DNA of 64,000 nt, from sequence record GU911519.1. The stretch is one strand, 5' to 3'. Under the pieces are notes generated by a model, which saw only the letters and a list, made by a program, of their open reading frames with translations, ran no database searches and was not told the origin of the DNA. Both the position numbers and the translations under genes were made by a program. Shown here one piece after another: positions 1-9,322 of the stretch; positions within the stretch are counted from its first letter, which is position 1; every line of letters begins with the position of its first letter. The DNA comes from Acinetobacter phage Acj61.

Positions 1-1012
1 GTAGAATTTTAGTGATGAAAGTCCAATAATCGTATGAGTCTGCAACATAAGACACAATGCCTGTTGGGAAGCGTTCAGTTAACAATTTCTTGGCATACAA
101 GAATTCTGCTTCTTCGAGTGAAATAGGCTCATCCGGGGTGTTAACCTGAAGTGAAGTGTTCCATCGTTCTTGTTCTGTCAAAATACCAGAAGTGGTTACT
201 GAGTGTTCACCTGCTGGGACTGAACCAGCTAATAAACGATGATCATTTTTAGCGTTGTAGAATGTTTTAGCAGCCCATAGTGAAGCTACATTATCGGTAC
301 CACATGAGCTCAATAAGAATGCTGCACCATTGATTGCACATGATTCAAAACCAGATTGACCTCGTGACGAGAAGTCATGGTTCTGGAATTCTACACCTGC
401 TGTAGAACCAGTAGTACGAATTGCATAATCATTTGAGATCAAACGATAAGTACGTGCAATTGTTGCAACAGTGAGTTGTTTCCACATGTCCATCGAGATG
501 CCAGTTTCTAAGAAGTTTGGCAACCATTCGAAATCAGGATGTGTATTTCGAATTGTGAAAACTGGAGTTCCAATATCAACTAAAGTACCTTCATCAAGAG
601 CTTTGATTTCAACTGGCAGGTAACCAAGATCATGTAATGCTTCAAATTGATCGAATTTTTCTTGTCCAATGTATGGACCTAAAACATCTTTCATTTCTTG
701 AATTGCTTCAGCTTTAGGACGATCGAAGAATCCTTTCTTAGCCATTAGATGCAAACGAATAACCATCCATTGGATACCAAATACAACTACTTTGCCGTCG
801 TAGTGTTTGCCAAGCATAGCACGTAAGTAATGGTCAAAGCGAGGTGTCAAGTTTGAGTAAATTTCACTAACGCCTTCAGTTTCAAACAAGATATGGCTCA
901 ATTTATAAGAATCGGTCCAATATAAAAACGGGTTGATTGGAGCGATAAACTCTGCAGCATTTTCTAAAGCAATTTGAATGACGGTCTTTTGCGATTCGAT
1001 TGGTGCGTTCAT
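1..1012 (-). CDS. nadV: Nicotinamide phosphoribosyltransferase NadV, N-terminal part; ORF runs off the window start
   Basis: Minus-strand ORF starting ATG at 1012. Translation MNAPIES...WTDSYKLSHILFE...HDFSSRGQSGFES...GTDNVASL matches the NAMPT family (DSYK; F-x-RG-x-S; GTD-VA-L motifs). Confidence 0.75.
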   Translation of the reverse strand, partial: MNAPIESQKTVIQIALENAAEFIAPINPFLYWTDSYKLSHILFETEGVSEIYSNLTPRFDHYLRAMLGKHYDGKVVVFGIQWMVIRLHLMAKKGFFDRPKAEAIQEMKDVLGPYIGQEKFDQFEALHDLGYLPVEIKALDEGTLVDIGTPVFTIRNTHPDFEWLPNFLETGISMDMWKQLTVATIARTYRLISNDYAIRTTGSTAGVEFQNHDFSSRGQSGFESCAINGAAFLLSSCGTDNVASLWAAKTFYNAKNDHRLLAGSVPAGEHSVTTSGILTEQERWNTSLQVNTPDEPISLEEAEFLYAKKLLTERFPTGIVSYVADSYDYWTFITKIL

Positions 1013-1022
1013 GTAGAACTCC

Positions 1023-1937
1023 TTATGCATTGATTAGGGTATTAACAATTACTTTTTCTTGCTCTTGAACAGTCAAGGCAAAATACGTGCTTCGTTTCAT
1101 GTAATGAGTATAGATTGTATCATACTCTACTAAAAGATTTTCGACTGCATAGTTTGAAAATATACCATGAGTAACGTATAGGTATAATTTTACACCATTT
1201 TTCGGCTTAAGTACACCGTTTTTTACATTTTCTTTAAAACATTTTGCAACTTCAATGAATGTTCGACCACCTTCACAGATGTCATCGACAACTAAGAATT
1301 CGTTGAACTTTTCAGGTTGTCCTACAATTTGTGAATCAAGCTTGAAGCCCGTGATTTTACCTGTAGCCAGATCGCGAGTCTTATCAAACCGAATGATTGC
1401 ATCAGGAATCTTTTTACGAGCACCATTATCAGGACAGATCAAACCAACATTTTCGAGTTCAACAGTGTTTTGACATAAAACTCGCTGATGAAGATTCAAA
1501 GAGCCTTTGACCAAATCTGTCATGACTTCACTATGGCAGTCACTAAAAACAACGGAATCGAATCCAATTGAGTTGACGAAATCTGCAAAGACTTTAGCTC
1601 CAAAGCCATCGATACCATCAAGCATCGGGCGATCATATCGAGTGTAAGGTGTCGATAAGATATTCAAGCAATACGAACGTGGTCGATTTACAGAGTTTTG
1701 CTCCAAGATATTTTTGATTTGTGCTACAATCATTAGGTCGTCCATCGATTCAACAAATGCATCAATACGTGCAGTTTGCCATTCAAAACCTTTTGTGATA
1801 GATGGAATCAGTACTCGTACTGACCCATCGTTAAAGGTGTTGATCTCGACGCCGACTTCTACAGTTTTAGCACCCATGTACGCTAGTTGCAGTGTATCAG
1901 GGATAAGGTTCACTGTGAATTTTTCGACGACTTTCAT
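1023..1937 (-). CDS. prs: Ribose-phosphate pyrophosphokinase (PRPP synthetase)-like
   Basis: 304 aa. STPYTRYDRP resembles the Prs PYFGYARQDR motif; VVDDICEGGRTF resembles the PRPP-binding loop DDMIDTGGT; adjacent to nadV. Confidence 0.6.
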   Translation of the reverse strand: MKVVEKFTVNLIPDTLQLAYMGAKTVEVGVEINTFNDGSVRVLIPSITKGFEWQTARIDAFVESMDDLMIVAQIKNILEQNSVNRPRSYCLNILSTPYTRYDRPMLDGIDGFGAKVFADFVNSIGFDSVVFSDCHSEVMTDLVKGSLNLHQRVLCQNTVELENVGLICPDNGARKKIPDAIIRFDKTRDLATGKITGFKLDSQIVGQPEKFNEFLVVDDICEGGRTFIEVAKCFKENVKNGVLKPKNGVKLYLYVTHGIFSNYAVENLLVEYDTIYTHYMKRSTYFALTVQEQEKVIVNTLINA

Positions 1938-1947
1938 TTACTGCTCC

Positions 1948-2133
1948 TTAAAATTTAGTTAGTGCGTATTCGATTGCAAGGTACCATGAGATTGGCGGGA
2001 TAAAGATTGATCCGACCGTCCACCAAAAACCTTTTGCAACAACGATGCCAGTAATCCAAATTGCGAATGCGATTAAGCTTGCTAAGTAACGCATGTGTTT
2101 CTCCTGTTGATTAATTGATTTCACCACAGTCAC
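1948..2133 (-). CDS. Small membrane protein
   Basis: 61 aa, two hydrophobic helices. Confidence 0.35.
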   Translation of the reverse strand: MTVVKSINQQEKHMRYLASLIAFAIWITGIVVAKGFWWTVGSIFIPPISWYLAIEYALTKF

Positions 2134-2476
2134 GTAGTGATTTTTCGACTCGAGCTAGATAACCTTCAGTGTATCCAGACCAGTTATTTGCTACAACTCC
2201 ACCATTAAGCTTGTGAGCTGATTCAAGGCAAGTTTTAGCTAATTCGTTAGTGTCGTTGTATACTACATCTCGATTAGTATTACCTGCTATACAAGAGCGA
2301 TAATCTTTTTTGATGTCATCGCGATAAGTCCAGTTGTTCTTAACCGCTTGACGAATTCCACCACCAAATGAACATTCTTTAGCTTCTGCGGCTTGTTCGC
2401 GTTCAAGTTGCTCAGCAGATTTGACACAGCCAGTTAAAGCAATTGCAATTAAAGATACACATAGTAAGGTTTTCAT
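2111..2476 (-). CDS. Putative lipoprotein
   Basis: 121 aa; signal peptide with lipobox LTGC. Confidence 0.5.
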   Translation of the reverse strand: MKTLLCVSLIAIALTGCVKSAEQLEREQAAEAKECSFGGGIRQAVKNNWTYRDDIKKDYRSCIAGNTNRDVVYNDTNELAKTCLESAHKLNGGVVANNWSGYTEGYLARVEKSLRDCGEIN

Positions 2477-3459
2477 TTCATTTCACCATTTGGATTATAT
2501 GGAAGTATTATACCATCTTTCATGGCATTTGTAAACTTTGTAATGTAATCATCGTTGTAAAGATTTGTAACTACATCAAAGTTTTCCCAAGCGAATTCAC
2601 GGAACCAGCCTGAAGTAATCGACGTACAGACTTTCTCGAGAGCAATCATGAAACTTTCGTATGGACGAACCATAAACTCATTAGGAATCTGTGAACGTTC
2701 TAATGCAAGGACGTATGATTCTTCGAGGACTCCGAGTAATTGGACTGCCTTGCTTTGAGCAAAGAAACGATCTTTGTCGCAATGAACTTCTTGATTTTCA
2801 GTCATGTAGTATTCGTATGCTGGCTTGTCAAGAAGCTTTACTGCTCGATGAATCGAGTCATGGTCATAAATGTAATTGAAATTTGAATGGAAGAAATCTG
2901 ATTTGCCTACGTTGAGCTTTGGAGTCGCGTAATCGTATGTCTCCTTCATTCGTGCCTGATAGAACTGCTCGTCGATGATCTTTGCACCGATTTTACGCAT
3001 GTTCTTGATGTGTTTCATGGTCTTATGAAAATGAGGACTATTACGAAGATAACGATGACTCATCTTAAGCGTATAAAGCAAATCTAATGACGCATACATG
3101 TAGTTAGCGTAATTGATTGACTCTGGTAGTTTAGGAGCGAGTTGAACTTCATGTTCGAAGCCATGATATAACTGATAAGTCGTAGACTTCTTTGAAGTTG
3201 GAAAGGTGAGTTCCCACATTGATCCGTAATGATTCAAGACGATTGTACCAGTCTTGAATTTCTTAGATGTGGTAATCTTTTCGATTGCAAGAGATGAGTT
3301 GAATTGACGTAAGTAATCAATAAACTCGTATGCAGACTTTTGATTTGGCACGATGATATCGTGATCAAGAGGTTCGAGATTGTGATCGATATGCAGTTTG
3401 TCAAGATGACGAACTAATGCATGAGAACCAATAACGAGAGGTTGAAATGATAATTTCAT
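2473..3459 (-). CDS. Hypothetical protein, possible minimal nucleotidyltransferase fold
   Basis: 328 aa; N-terminal VIGSHAL...DHDII resembles the GS...DxD NTase motif; function not assignable. Confidence 0.5.
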   Translation of the reverse strand: MKLSFQPLVIGSHALVRHLDKLHIDHNLEPLDHDIIVPNQKSAYEFIDYLRQFNSSLAIEKITTSKKFKTGTIVLNHYGSMWELTFPTSKKSTTYQLYHGFEHEVQLAPKLPESINYANYMYASLDLLYTLKMSHRYLRNSPHFHKTMKHIKNMRKIGAKIIDEQFYQARMKETYDYATPKLNVGKSDFFHSNFNYIYDHDSIHRAVKLLDKPAYEYYMTENQEVHCDKDRFFAQSKAVQLLGVLEESYVLALERSQIPNEFMVRPYESFMIALEKVCTSITSGWFREFAWENFDVVTNLYNDDYITKFTNAMKDGIILPYNPNGEMK

Positions 3460-3485
3460 GATGATTTCCTCAATTTGATTAATGA

Positions 3486-3527
3486 TTTGATAGGACCATT
3501 ATACCATGAATCCTATCAAAAGTAAAC
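3486..3527 (-). promoter_or_regulatory. PeSL-like early promoter cassette with inverted repeat
   Basis: On the minus strand, GTTTAC-N18-TATAAT with TTGATAGGA...TCCTATCAA flanking the -10; identical 42-mer at 33174-33215. Confidence 0.55.
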
Positions 3528-3529
3528 AA

Positions 3530-3868
3530 TTAATTGTAGAATTCTTCACATCCGGCGAAAATAATTCTAAGGGCTTCTTTATGAGAGCATTCCCAACCTA
3601 CATTTTCATGACCGTGCTTAACAACGTCATGCCATGCAAATAAAGGAATCTCGTCATTGATTACTTCATAGATGTTTCGCACATACTCATCAAAGTATTC
3701 GCGTTGAATCGCAACATCTTCAAGTAGATCAGCAGAACAATGACTGCCATGCTTTTTCCATAATAGCTTTAGAACCGAGTTTGCGAACTGTGCACGATGA
3801 TCGTTATTATGGAAATGTGATTGCTTCTTACTCATAAGAAGACGACCAGCTTTGAGTCCAATCGACAT
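3530..3868 (-). CDS. Hypothetical protein; true start probably internal Met (MSKKQ, about 3835)
   Basis: 112-aa ORF; the first 11 codons overlap an upstream small ORF, and an ATGAGTAA stop/start overlap is present. Confidence 0.5.
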   Translation of the reverse strand: MSIGLKAGRLLMSKKQSHFHNNDHRAQFANSVLKLLWKKHGSHCSADLLEDVAIQREYFDEYVRNIYEVINDEIPLFAWHDVVKHGHENVGWECSHKEALRIIFAGCEEFYN

Positions 3869-4001
3869 TCACATCAGTACGATTTTTAAAGCGAACTGTG
3901 AACTCAAGAGAGTTGTCTTCAGCAAGCTGTTCAGCTTGTTCAACCAACGCATTGATTGATTCTTCAAGAGCAGATAAATGCTGTTGTGGTGATGTAGCCA
4001 T
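3828..4001 (-). CDS. Small hypothetical protein (57 aa)
   Basis: Unlisted short ORF MATSPQQHLSALEES...; fills the gap between annotated ORFs, with the early promoter at 3486-3527 downstream. Confidence 0.3.
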   Translation of the reverse strand: MATSPQQHLSALEESINALVEQAEQLAEDNSLEFTVRFKNRTDVNVDWTQSWSSSYE

Positions 4002-4011
4002 GTGGCTCTCC

Positions 4012-4212
4012 TTAACAAGATTCAGATGAGTTGTACCATGAAATGGTAGTGTGGCCGCCAGATTTTTCTAGGTCAAATCCATGGCGTGAATTCCAATCTA
4101 AGTTGGCTTCAGTTGCGATGTCATCCGCAAGACGAGCAAGAGATTCGATGTTTTCCAAAATCTCTTTAACACGTCGAGATGCCTTAATTTCTGCTTCAGT
4201 ATATGCTGCCAT
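4012..4212 (-). CDS. Small protein, SSESC-tail paralog A
   Basis: Start taken at MAAYTEAE because the longer ORF overlaps a promoter cassette; C-terminus ...WYNSSESC is shared with the neighbour. Confidence 0.4.
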   Translation of the reverse strand: MAAYTEAEIKASRRVKEILENIESLARLADDIATEANLDWNSRHGFDLEKSGGHTTISWYNSSESC

Positions 4213-4280
4213 TTCAATTTCCTCTTTGTTTGATGATAGGACCATTATAACATGGTCATAATTTAAAGTAAACCGCTTTT

Positions 4281-4490
4281 TTAACAAGATTCACTAGAAG
4301 GATACCATTTTCCTTCTTCACCATCATAACGTCCACCCATACCGTAAGCAGGATAAATGTCGAATGACAAGTTATGCTTGTCTGCATGAGCTTCAGCTTC
4401 TGCAATAGCTTTGCTAATTGCGGTATCGAGTTCATCCATACGTTTACGTGGATTAGTTGCTGGTGCACCTTTACTCATAATAGTCTCCAA
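4281..4490 (-). CDS. Small protein, SSESC-tail paralog B
   Basis: 69 aa ending ...WYPSSESC; tandem paralog of 4012-4212. Confidence 0.4.
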   Translation of the reverse strand: METIMSKGAPATNPRKRMDELDTAISKAIAEAEAHADKHNLSFDIYPAYGMGGRYDGEEGKWYPSSESC

Positions 4491-5067
4491 ATAATTTAAA
4501 GTCGCCTGATAGGCTTAAGTCCATAGTTGCGATACTGTGGGCGATATCTTCTTTAAGGGTTTGAAGCATTTCGAATGCCTCTTCCATCGTTTTCGCCTTG
4601 CCTAAGTTACAGACTGGAATCATGTAATCTTTTGCAAGACGTAGGGCTTGGCCTGTACCACCAGTCACAAGTCCATCTGGCGTCCAACATAGAATGAAAG
4701 CCACTGGTTCGATTAAATGTGGTCCCAAAATGATGTTACAATTTCGAGCATGCATTAAGCGAGCTGTTGGTGAGCAACGATTCCATGCGGGATGATATTT
4801 CTTTGCTAAGTCCATGACCTTTTTGCTTCGATCAAAAGGCATGATGTTATTGCGATATCCATTGTAGCCAGGGAAAGGAAGATAGTTCCGAAGAGAACCA
4901 TTACCTTGCATAGCTCCATCAATAAACGCAGAATCAGCACCTTTAGCTCCACCTGTTGAAACAGTGTGTCCTTGTTCAGCCATGTATGTTGCAAAGTTTC
5001 TCATACCTTTAAGTATGATGGTAGGAGTCTCGCGACTCCCTATTCCTGCATAATTTAAGACAGCCAT
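4471..5067 (-). CDS. DprA/Smf-like (SLOG-fold) Rossmann protein
   Basis: AGIGSRETP ... VSTGGAKGADSAF motifs typical of DprA/SLOG. Start moved to M26, which has an AAGGAG RBS, because the longer ORF overlaps the promoter at 5127-5170. Confidence 0.5.
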   Translation of the reverse strand: MAVLNYAGIGSRETPTIILKGMRNFATYMAEQGHTVSTGGAKGADSAFIDGAMQGNGSLRNYLPFPGYNGYRNNIMPFDRSKKVMDLAKKYHPAWNRCSPTARLMHARNCNIILGPHLIEPVAFILCWTPDGLVTGGTGQALRLAKDYMIPVCNLGKAKTMEEAFEMLQTLKEDIAHSIATMDLSLSGDFKLFGDYYE

Positions 5068-5126
5068 TTTGGTCTCCTTCAATTCTTTTAAAACCTTCTT
5101 AGCTAATTTGAGCCATTTGGATGTTT

Positions 5127-5170
5127 GATTTGATAGGACCATTATACAACAGTCCTATCATAAAGTAAAC
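5127..5170 (-). promoter_or_regulatory. PeSL-like early promoter cassette with inverted repeat
   Basis: GTTTAC ... TTGATAGGACtgttgTATAATGGTCCTATCAAA on the minus strand. Confidence 0.5.
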
Positions 5171-5176
5171 TGCTTT

Positions 5177-6628
5177 TTAAAATTTAATTTGATCTGCTAA
5201 ATCTTCCAATTCGGATCGTGATGCAGCTTGAACTCGATGAACTTTGTTTAGATGCTCTTGAGTTGTTTGCTGAGCATGAGAGATTTCCATTTCATGATCA
5301 CTTGCAGCCGGAATCTTTGGAGCAGTTTCACCGTCAGGTTCAACCCATCGTTGATTGCCTTTCTTGACAACTAATGTGAACTTGTTATTGATCATCTTAT
5401 CACCATAGCGTGATTTGAGCTGTTTGATCAATTGAAGTCCTTGTTGTGCAAGTTCTTCTGTTTCAATGACACCTAACATGAAGTCAGCTGTATGTACAAG
5501 ACCTGCAGATTCAGCAACATCACTCATTGACATGTCTGATGCATCCCATCCACCACGAGTAGTTTGAGCTGCTGACCAAATCAATGTGTTTGTGTCAAAC
5601 GCTAATGCACGAAGTTCTTCGGCAATCGCTTTAACTAATGTGTATGAGTTTTCAGTGTATTGTTTAATACGACATGAACCACAAATACCTAAGTAGTCAA
5701 TGATGATTACGTCAGGCACAAAGCCTTTCTTCAATTTCAACTCGTTGATTAATGCTCGGAATGTGTTAGCATTAGCTCCACCAGTTGCATATTGTTTGAT
5801 GTACAATTGTCCAAGTACGTTAGCTTTTCTCCAACGTTCCATCTTAGACTTGTACTCTGGGTACGAGATTTTGCCATCATCAATATCGTCTAATGTGACA
5901 TCTAACAAGTTAGCATCGATACGTTTAGCACATACCTCTTCTGCCATTTCCATTGTGATGTACAAGACGTTTTTACCAGTCTGCAAATAATCTGCTGCTA
6001 ATGTACAAAGACCTAACGATTTACCAACGTTCGAACCGGCAAGTAAGATGTTTAATGTAGCATTCTCTGCTCCACCTTTAGTGATTCTGTTCAAAATAGG
6101 AAGTTTGAATGGAATCTTGCGTGTTTTGTTTTGATAAGATAACCAACGAGCTTCATAGTCATCCATCCAGTTGTGACCAACTGATGAGTCAAAGCAAACA
6201 CTTAATGCATCGCGCATGATGTCTGGAATTGCACCGACATCTTGAATTTTTCGATTTCTCTGTTCTGGTGGAAGATCAGCATTCGTTTGAATTTGAATAA
6301 TTCGAGATGTTGCGTTGTACATTGCTACCTTTTGAATGTACTTCTCGGTTTCTGGGATTAACCAATCACAGCTTTCTACTTGATCAGAAAGAGAGTTCAA
6401 AAGGTCATTTGCGCCTTTAAGTTCAACTTCGCCTGCACGTGAATTTGATAGTGCAAGATTCAAAGCTACTTTAGATGGCACACCATTATAATCGTTTACA
6501 TGTTTCCGAATTGAGTTATACAAAATTCGTGCCGGTCCTTTCTCGAAGTAGTCTTCATTGAGATATGGCCACACACGTCCAAAATAGTCTTGATTGGCGA
6601 CTAATTGCCCTAAAATCACATCGATCAT
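5177..6628 (-). CDS. 41: Replicative DNA helicase gp41 (DnaB-like)
   Basis: Near-colinear match to T4 gp41 (YFGRVWPYL..., Walker A AGSNVGKS, C-terminal ...LKF); start chosen at MIDVILGQL with a GGTGG RBS. Confidence 0.9.
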   Translation of the reverse strand: MIDVILGQLVANQDYFGRVWPYLNEDYFEKGPARILYNSIRKHVNDYNGVPSKVALNLALSNSRAGEVELKGANDLLNSLSDQVESCDWLIPETEKYIQKVAMYNATSRIIQIQTNADLPPEQRNRKIQDVGAIPDIMRDALSVCFDSSVGHNWMDDYEARWLSYQNKTRKIPFKLPILNRITKGGAENATLNILLAGSNVGKSLGLCTLAADYLQTGKNVLYITMEMAEEVCAKRIDANLLDVTLDDIDDGKISYPEYKSKMERWRKANVLGQLYIKQYATGGANANTFRALINELKLKKGFVPDVIIIDYLGICGSCRIKQYTENSYTLVKAIAEELRALAFDTNTLIWSAAQTTRGGWDASDMSMSDVAESAGLVHTADFMLGVIETEELAQQGLQLIKQLKSRYGDKMINNKFTLVVKKGNQRWVEPDGETAPKIPAASDHEMEISHAQQTTQEHLNKVHRVQAASRSELEDLADQIKF

Positions 6629-6670
6629 ATTTCCACCTTTGTCCAATTAGAAATCATTATATACCACAAA

Positions 6671-6686
6671 TGGTCCCGAAGGACCA
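6671..6686 (-). terminator. UUCG-tetraloop hairpin downstream of gene 6691-7023
   Basis: Minus-strand GGTCC-TTCG-GGACC; same type at 8178-8195 and 23893-23908. Confidence 0.4.
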
Positions 6687-6690
6687 TTGC

Positions 6691-7023
6691 TTAAAACATA
6701 AATCGTTTTGTTGATTTGAGAATCTCGTCAAGCTGAAGCTTGAGCACATGTTCGACATGTGGTGTCAACTCTGCCTTACGATCTTCACTTGGAGTACTGA
6801 AGCCATATGATACTCCATTACCAGAAATTTGAAGTTCTGTAACGTAAACAATATGATCAGTACCGTCTTCCAGTTTAATCAGGATTTCTTGCTTGACATC
6901 TTTCATGGCCTCTTTAATGATACCTAAAGACTTGTCATAGAGAGTGTTATCAGGTGGACCTGATGGTTCAATGTACTCTTCTACGTCTTCGATGTCTAAA
7001 TTCAAATCGAAATCATTAGCCAT
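6691..7023 (-). CDS. Acidic hypothetical protein
   Basis: 110 aa, D/E-rich N-terminus; position between 41 and the GT genes. Confidence 0.5.
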   Translation of the reverse strand: MANDFDLNLDIEDVEEYIEPSGPPDNTLYDKSLGIIKEAMKDVKQEILIKLEDGTDHIVYVTELQISGNGVSYGFSTPSEDRKAELTPHVEHVLKLQLDEILKSTKRFMF

Positions 7024-7026
7024 TTC

Positions 7027-8145
7027 TTACTCCATCAATGCCTTTTCCCACATTGCGAATACACGTTCTGGGCGATACTGCTCATACAATGCATTAGCTC
7101 GTTCAACACGTTGTTCAAACGTATCGGTGAATTCATTCAATGCCTTTGAATATGCAGCAATAATTTCTTTGGTGTCCATACCATCTTCAATCCAAACGAT
7201 CTTAGTGTTAGGGTCATGTTCAAGCGTTGCATGACTATAACCACGTTGAATCAATTGCAGAACTGGAACACCTTTCTCAATTGCTTCCATTGAGCCATGT
7301 TCGATGGTACCTGTGTCATGACAAGTATTGACGAGCACAAGTGCTTCTTTCAATGTTTCTTGAATCAATTTACGGGGTTTGTCCATTTGAACGAATGGCT
7401 CTTTCAAATATTTCTTTGGTGGAGCCCATTGGCTTGGCAAGAACGCAACGATTTTGTGAGGACACTGTGCCATAGATTCTAACGCAACGTTTGTCTTTCG
7501 GAATTTCAAGTCATAACGCTGAGCTTGGACAACAGTACCATTTGAAGGCAGAACTTCAGGCTTTTTCTCAATCAGAGTTGCTGGGAAGAAATTGTCTGAA
7601 ATGATGTCATGTTCAGCCCAGTAATCAAAATCGATAGCATCAACAGCAAGTTTGGTATTCATTTTAGAATAGACACGAGTTGTCAAATCCTTAAATGTAT
7701 GAGTTGGCACTAAGTTCTTACCACCGTTCTGATGAATGAAGATTGCTGTACGCCAGATCGAAATAAGTGTACGGATGCCTGGGTCAAGTGGAGTTGCTAA
7801 AAGATTTCGAATTTTTGGTCCAAGTCCTAATTTGACAAGACCATTGATTACACCTTTAGCGCCTTCAACAGTAACGACAACATCATATTTTGAGTAGTCT
7901 TGCTCAGCAATTTTCTCAACGATTTTATTGCCATGTTTGATTGTGTACTTATCCACAATAGGATAATCAATCGAGATCGGATTTACTTTGTACGGACCAA
8001 AGTTCTCGTCACCAAAAGCCATATAATCAATTTCATGATGTTGGCTCATTGTTTTGATGAAGTTTAATTGAACCGACTCGAGACCACCTGAAATGTAGTC
8101 TGCGTTGAAAGTGATAAAACGACATGGAATGTATAAAATTTTCAT
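7027..8145 (-). CDS. GT-B fold glycosyltransferase, paralog 1 (candidate DNA sugar transferase)
   Basis: 372 aa; C-terminal LVNTCHDTGTIEHGSMEAIEKGVPVL resembles the GT4/GT-B EX7E-type motif; tandem paralog of 8203-9321. Confidence 0.55.
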   Translation of the reverse strand: MKILYIPCRFITFNADYISGGLESVQLNFIKTMSQHHEIDYMAFGDENFGPYKVNPISIDYPIVDKYTIKHGNKIVEKIAEQDYSKYDVVVTVEGAKGVINGLVKLGLGPKIRNLLATPLDPGIRTLISIWRTAIFIHQNGGKNLVPTHTFKDLTTRVYSKMNTKLAVDAIDFDYWAEHDIISDNFFPATLIEKKPEVLPSNGTVVQAQRYDLKFRKTNVALESMAQCPHKIVAFLPSQWAPPKKYLKEPFVQMDKPRKLIQETLKEALVLVNTCHDTGTIEHGSMEAIEKGVPVLQLIQRGYSHATLEHDPNTKIVWIEDGMDTKEIIAAYSKALNEFTDTFEQRVERANALYEQYRPERVFAMWEKALME

Positions 8146-8202
8146 GTTAGGTCCTGACGTGATTGTAATGATATTTATAGAGCCCGAAGGCTCTATAACA
8201 TT

Positions 8203-9321
8203 TTAGCTCAAAACTGTTTCCCACAGTTTGAAGTATGCATCTTTGTTGAAACGATTGTACAAATATTCTGCACGTTTGACACGATTTTCTTGAGTGTCAG
8301 TGAATTCATTTAATGCTTTAGCATACATATCAATCAATGTTGCAGTGTCAGTACCTTCTTCAAATTCAACACGAACTGTTGTCGGGTCGTATTCGAATGT
8401 TGCATGATTGAATCCTTTTTGAATCAATTGCAAGACCGGTACACCTTGTGAAATGGCTTCAAGACTTCCATTTTCAACTGTGCCAGTGTTATGACATGTG
8501 TTGACAAGAACTTTAGCAACAGAGATTTCGATTTGGATTTCACGACGAGATGAATCGATCATGACCCATGACTTCTCTAACCATTTCTTGCCTGGTGCCC
8601 ATTTGCTAGGACAGAATGCAAGTTTAGGACCTTGATACAAGTCCATTGCACCGAATGCTACATTTGATTTACGAAATGCATTGTCAAAACGTTGAGCTTG
8701 AACAATGTGTCCTTCTGATTCAAGGACGTCTGGCTTTTCTTCAATCAAGATCGGTGGATAGAAATCATCTGCGATGATGTCATTGGCTTGCCAATATTCA
8801 AAGTCTATGACTTCTGCTGCAATTCGTGTATTCATTTTCGAGTACACTTGAGCTGCTAAGTCTTTAAACGTTTGAGTTGGAACAATGTTCTTTCCGCCTA
8901 ATTTGTGAACCATTACTGCGTTGTTCCAGCATTGAACGATACCACGAACCGATGGGTCAAGTGGAGTTGCAAGAATATTGCGAACTTTTGAAATTTGACC
9001 AAGTTCAGCTAATGCATTGAGAACCATCTTACTGCCTTCGATAATAACGATAGCATCATATTGGTCCCAATCTTGAATTTCTTGCAACAAGTACTTGATC
9101 TTGTATGCATGTGCTGTAGTGAACTTACCACCAATCGGTTTGTTGATAGACAATTCATTGACTGCTAAGTGTCCGAAGTCTTCATCGCCAAATGATACAT
9201 AATCGATGTCATGTACCTTTGACATGTTGTTGATGAAGTTGTACTGAACAGCCTCAAGTCCGCCATCGACACGATTGATATTGAAAGGTACTGAACGGCA
9301 AGGCAAATATAAAATTTTCAT
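8203..9321 (-). CDS. GT-B fold glycosyltransferase, paralog 2 (candidate DNA sugar transferase)
   Basis: Start moved to ATG (MKILYLPCR) with a GGAG RBS, because the ORF-track start is a TTG. C-terminal motif VLVNTCHNTGTVENGSLEAISQGVPVL. Confidence 0.55.
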   Translation of the reverse strand: MKILYLPCRSVPFNINRVDGGLEAVQYNFINNMSKVHDIDYVSFGDEDFGHLAVNELSINKPIGGKFTTAHAYKIKYLLQEIQDWDQYDAIVIIEGSKMVLNALAELGQISKVRNILATPLDPSVRGIVQCWNNAVMVHKLGGKNIVPTQTFKDLAAQVYSKMNTRIAAEVIDFEYWQANDIIADDFYPPILIEEKPDVLESEGHIVQAQRFDNAFRKSNVAFGAMDLYQGPKLAFCPSKWAPGKKWLEKSWVMIDSSRREIQIEISVAKVLVNTCHNTGTVENGSLEAISQGVPVLQLIQKGFNHATFEYDPTTVRVEFEEGTDTATLIDMYAKALNEFTDTQENRVKRAEYLYNRFNKDAYFKLWETVLS

Positions 9322-9322
9322 G

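Noticed and set aside
8172-8179. TATAAATA-like octamers on the minus strand upstream of early genes (e.g. 8172-8179)
   Set aside because: They sit in an AT-rich terminator/promoter spacer. Chance occurrence is likely, so they are not called late promoters without transcript data.
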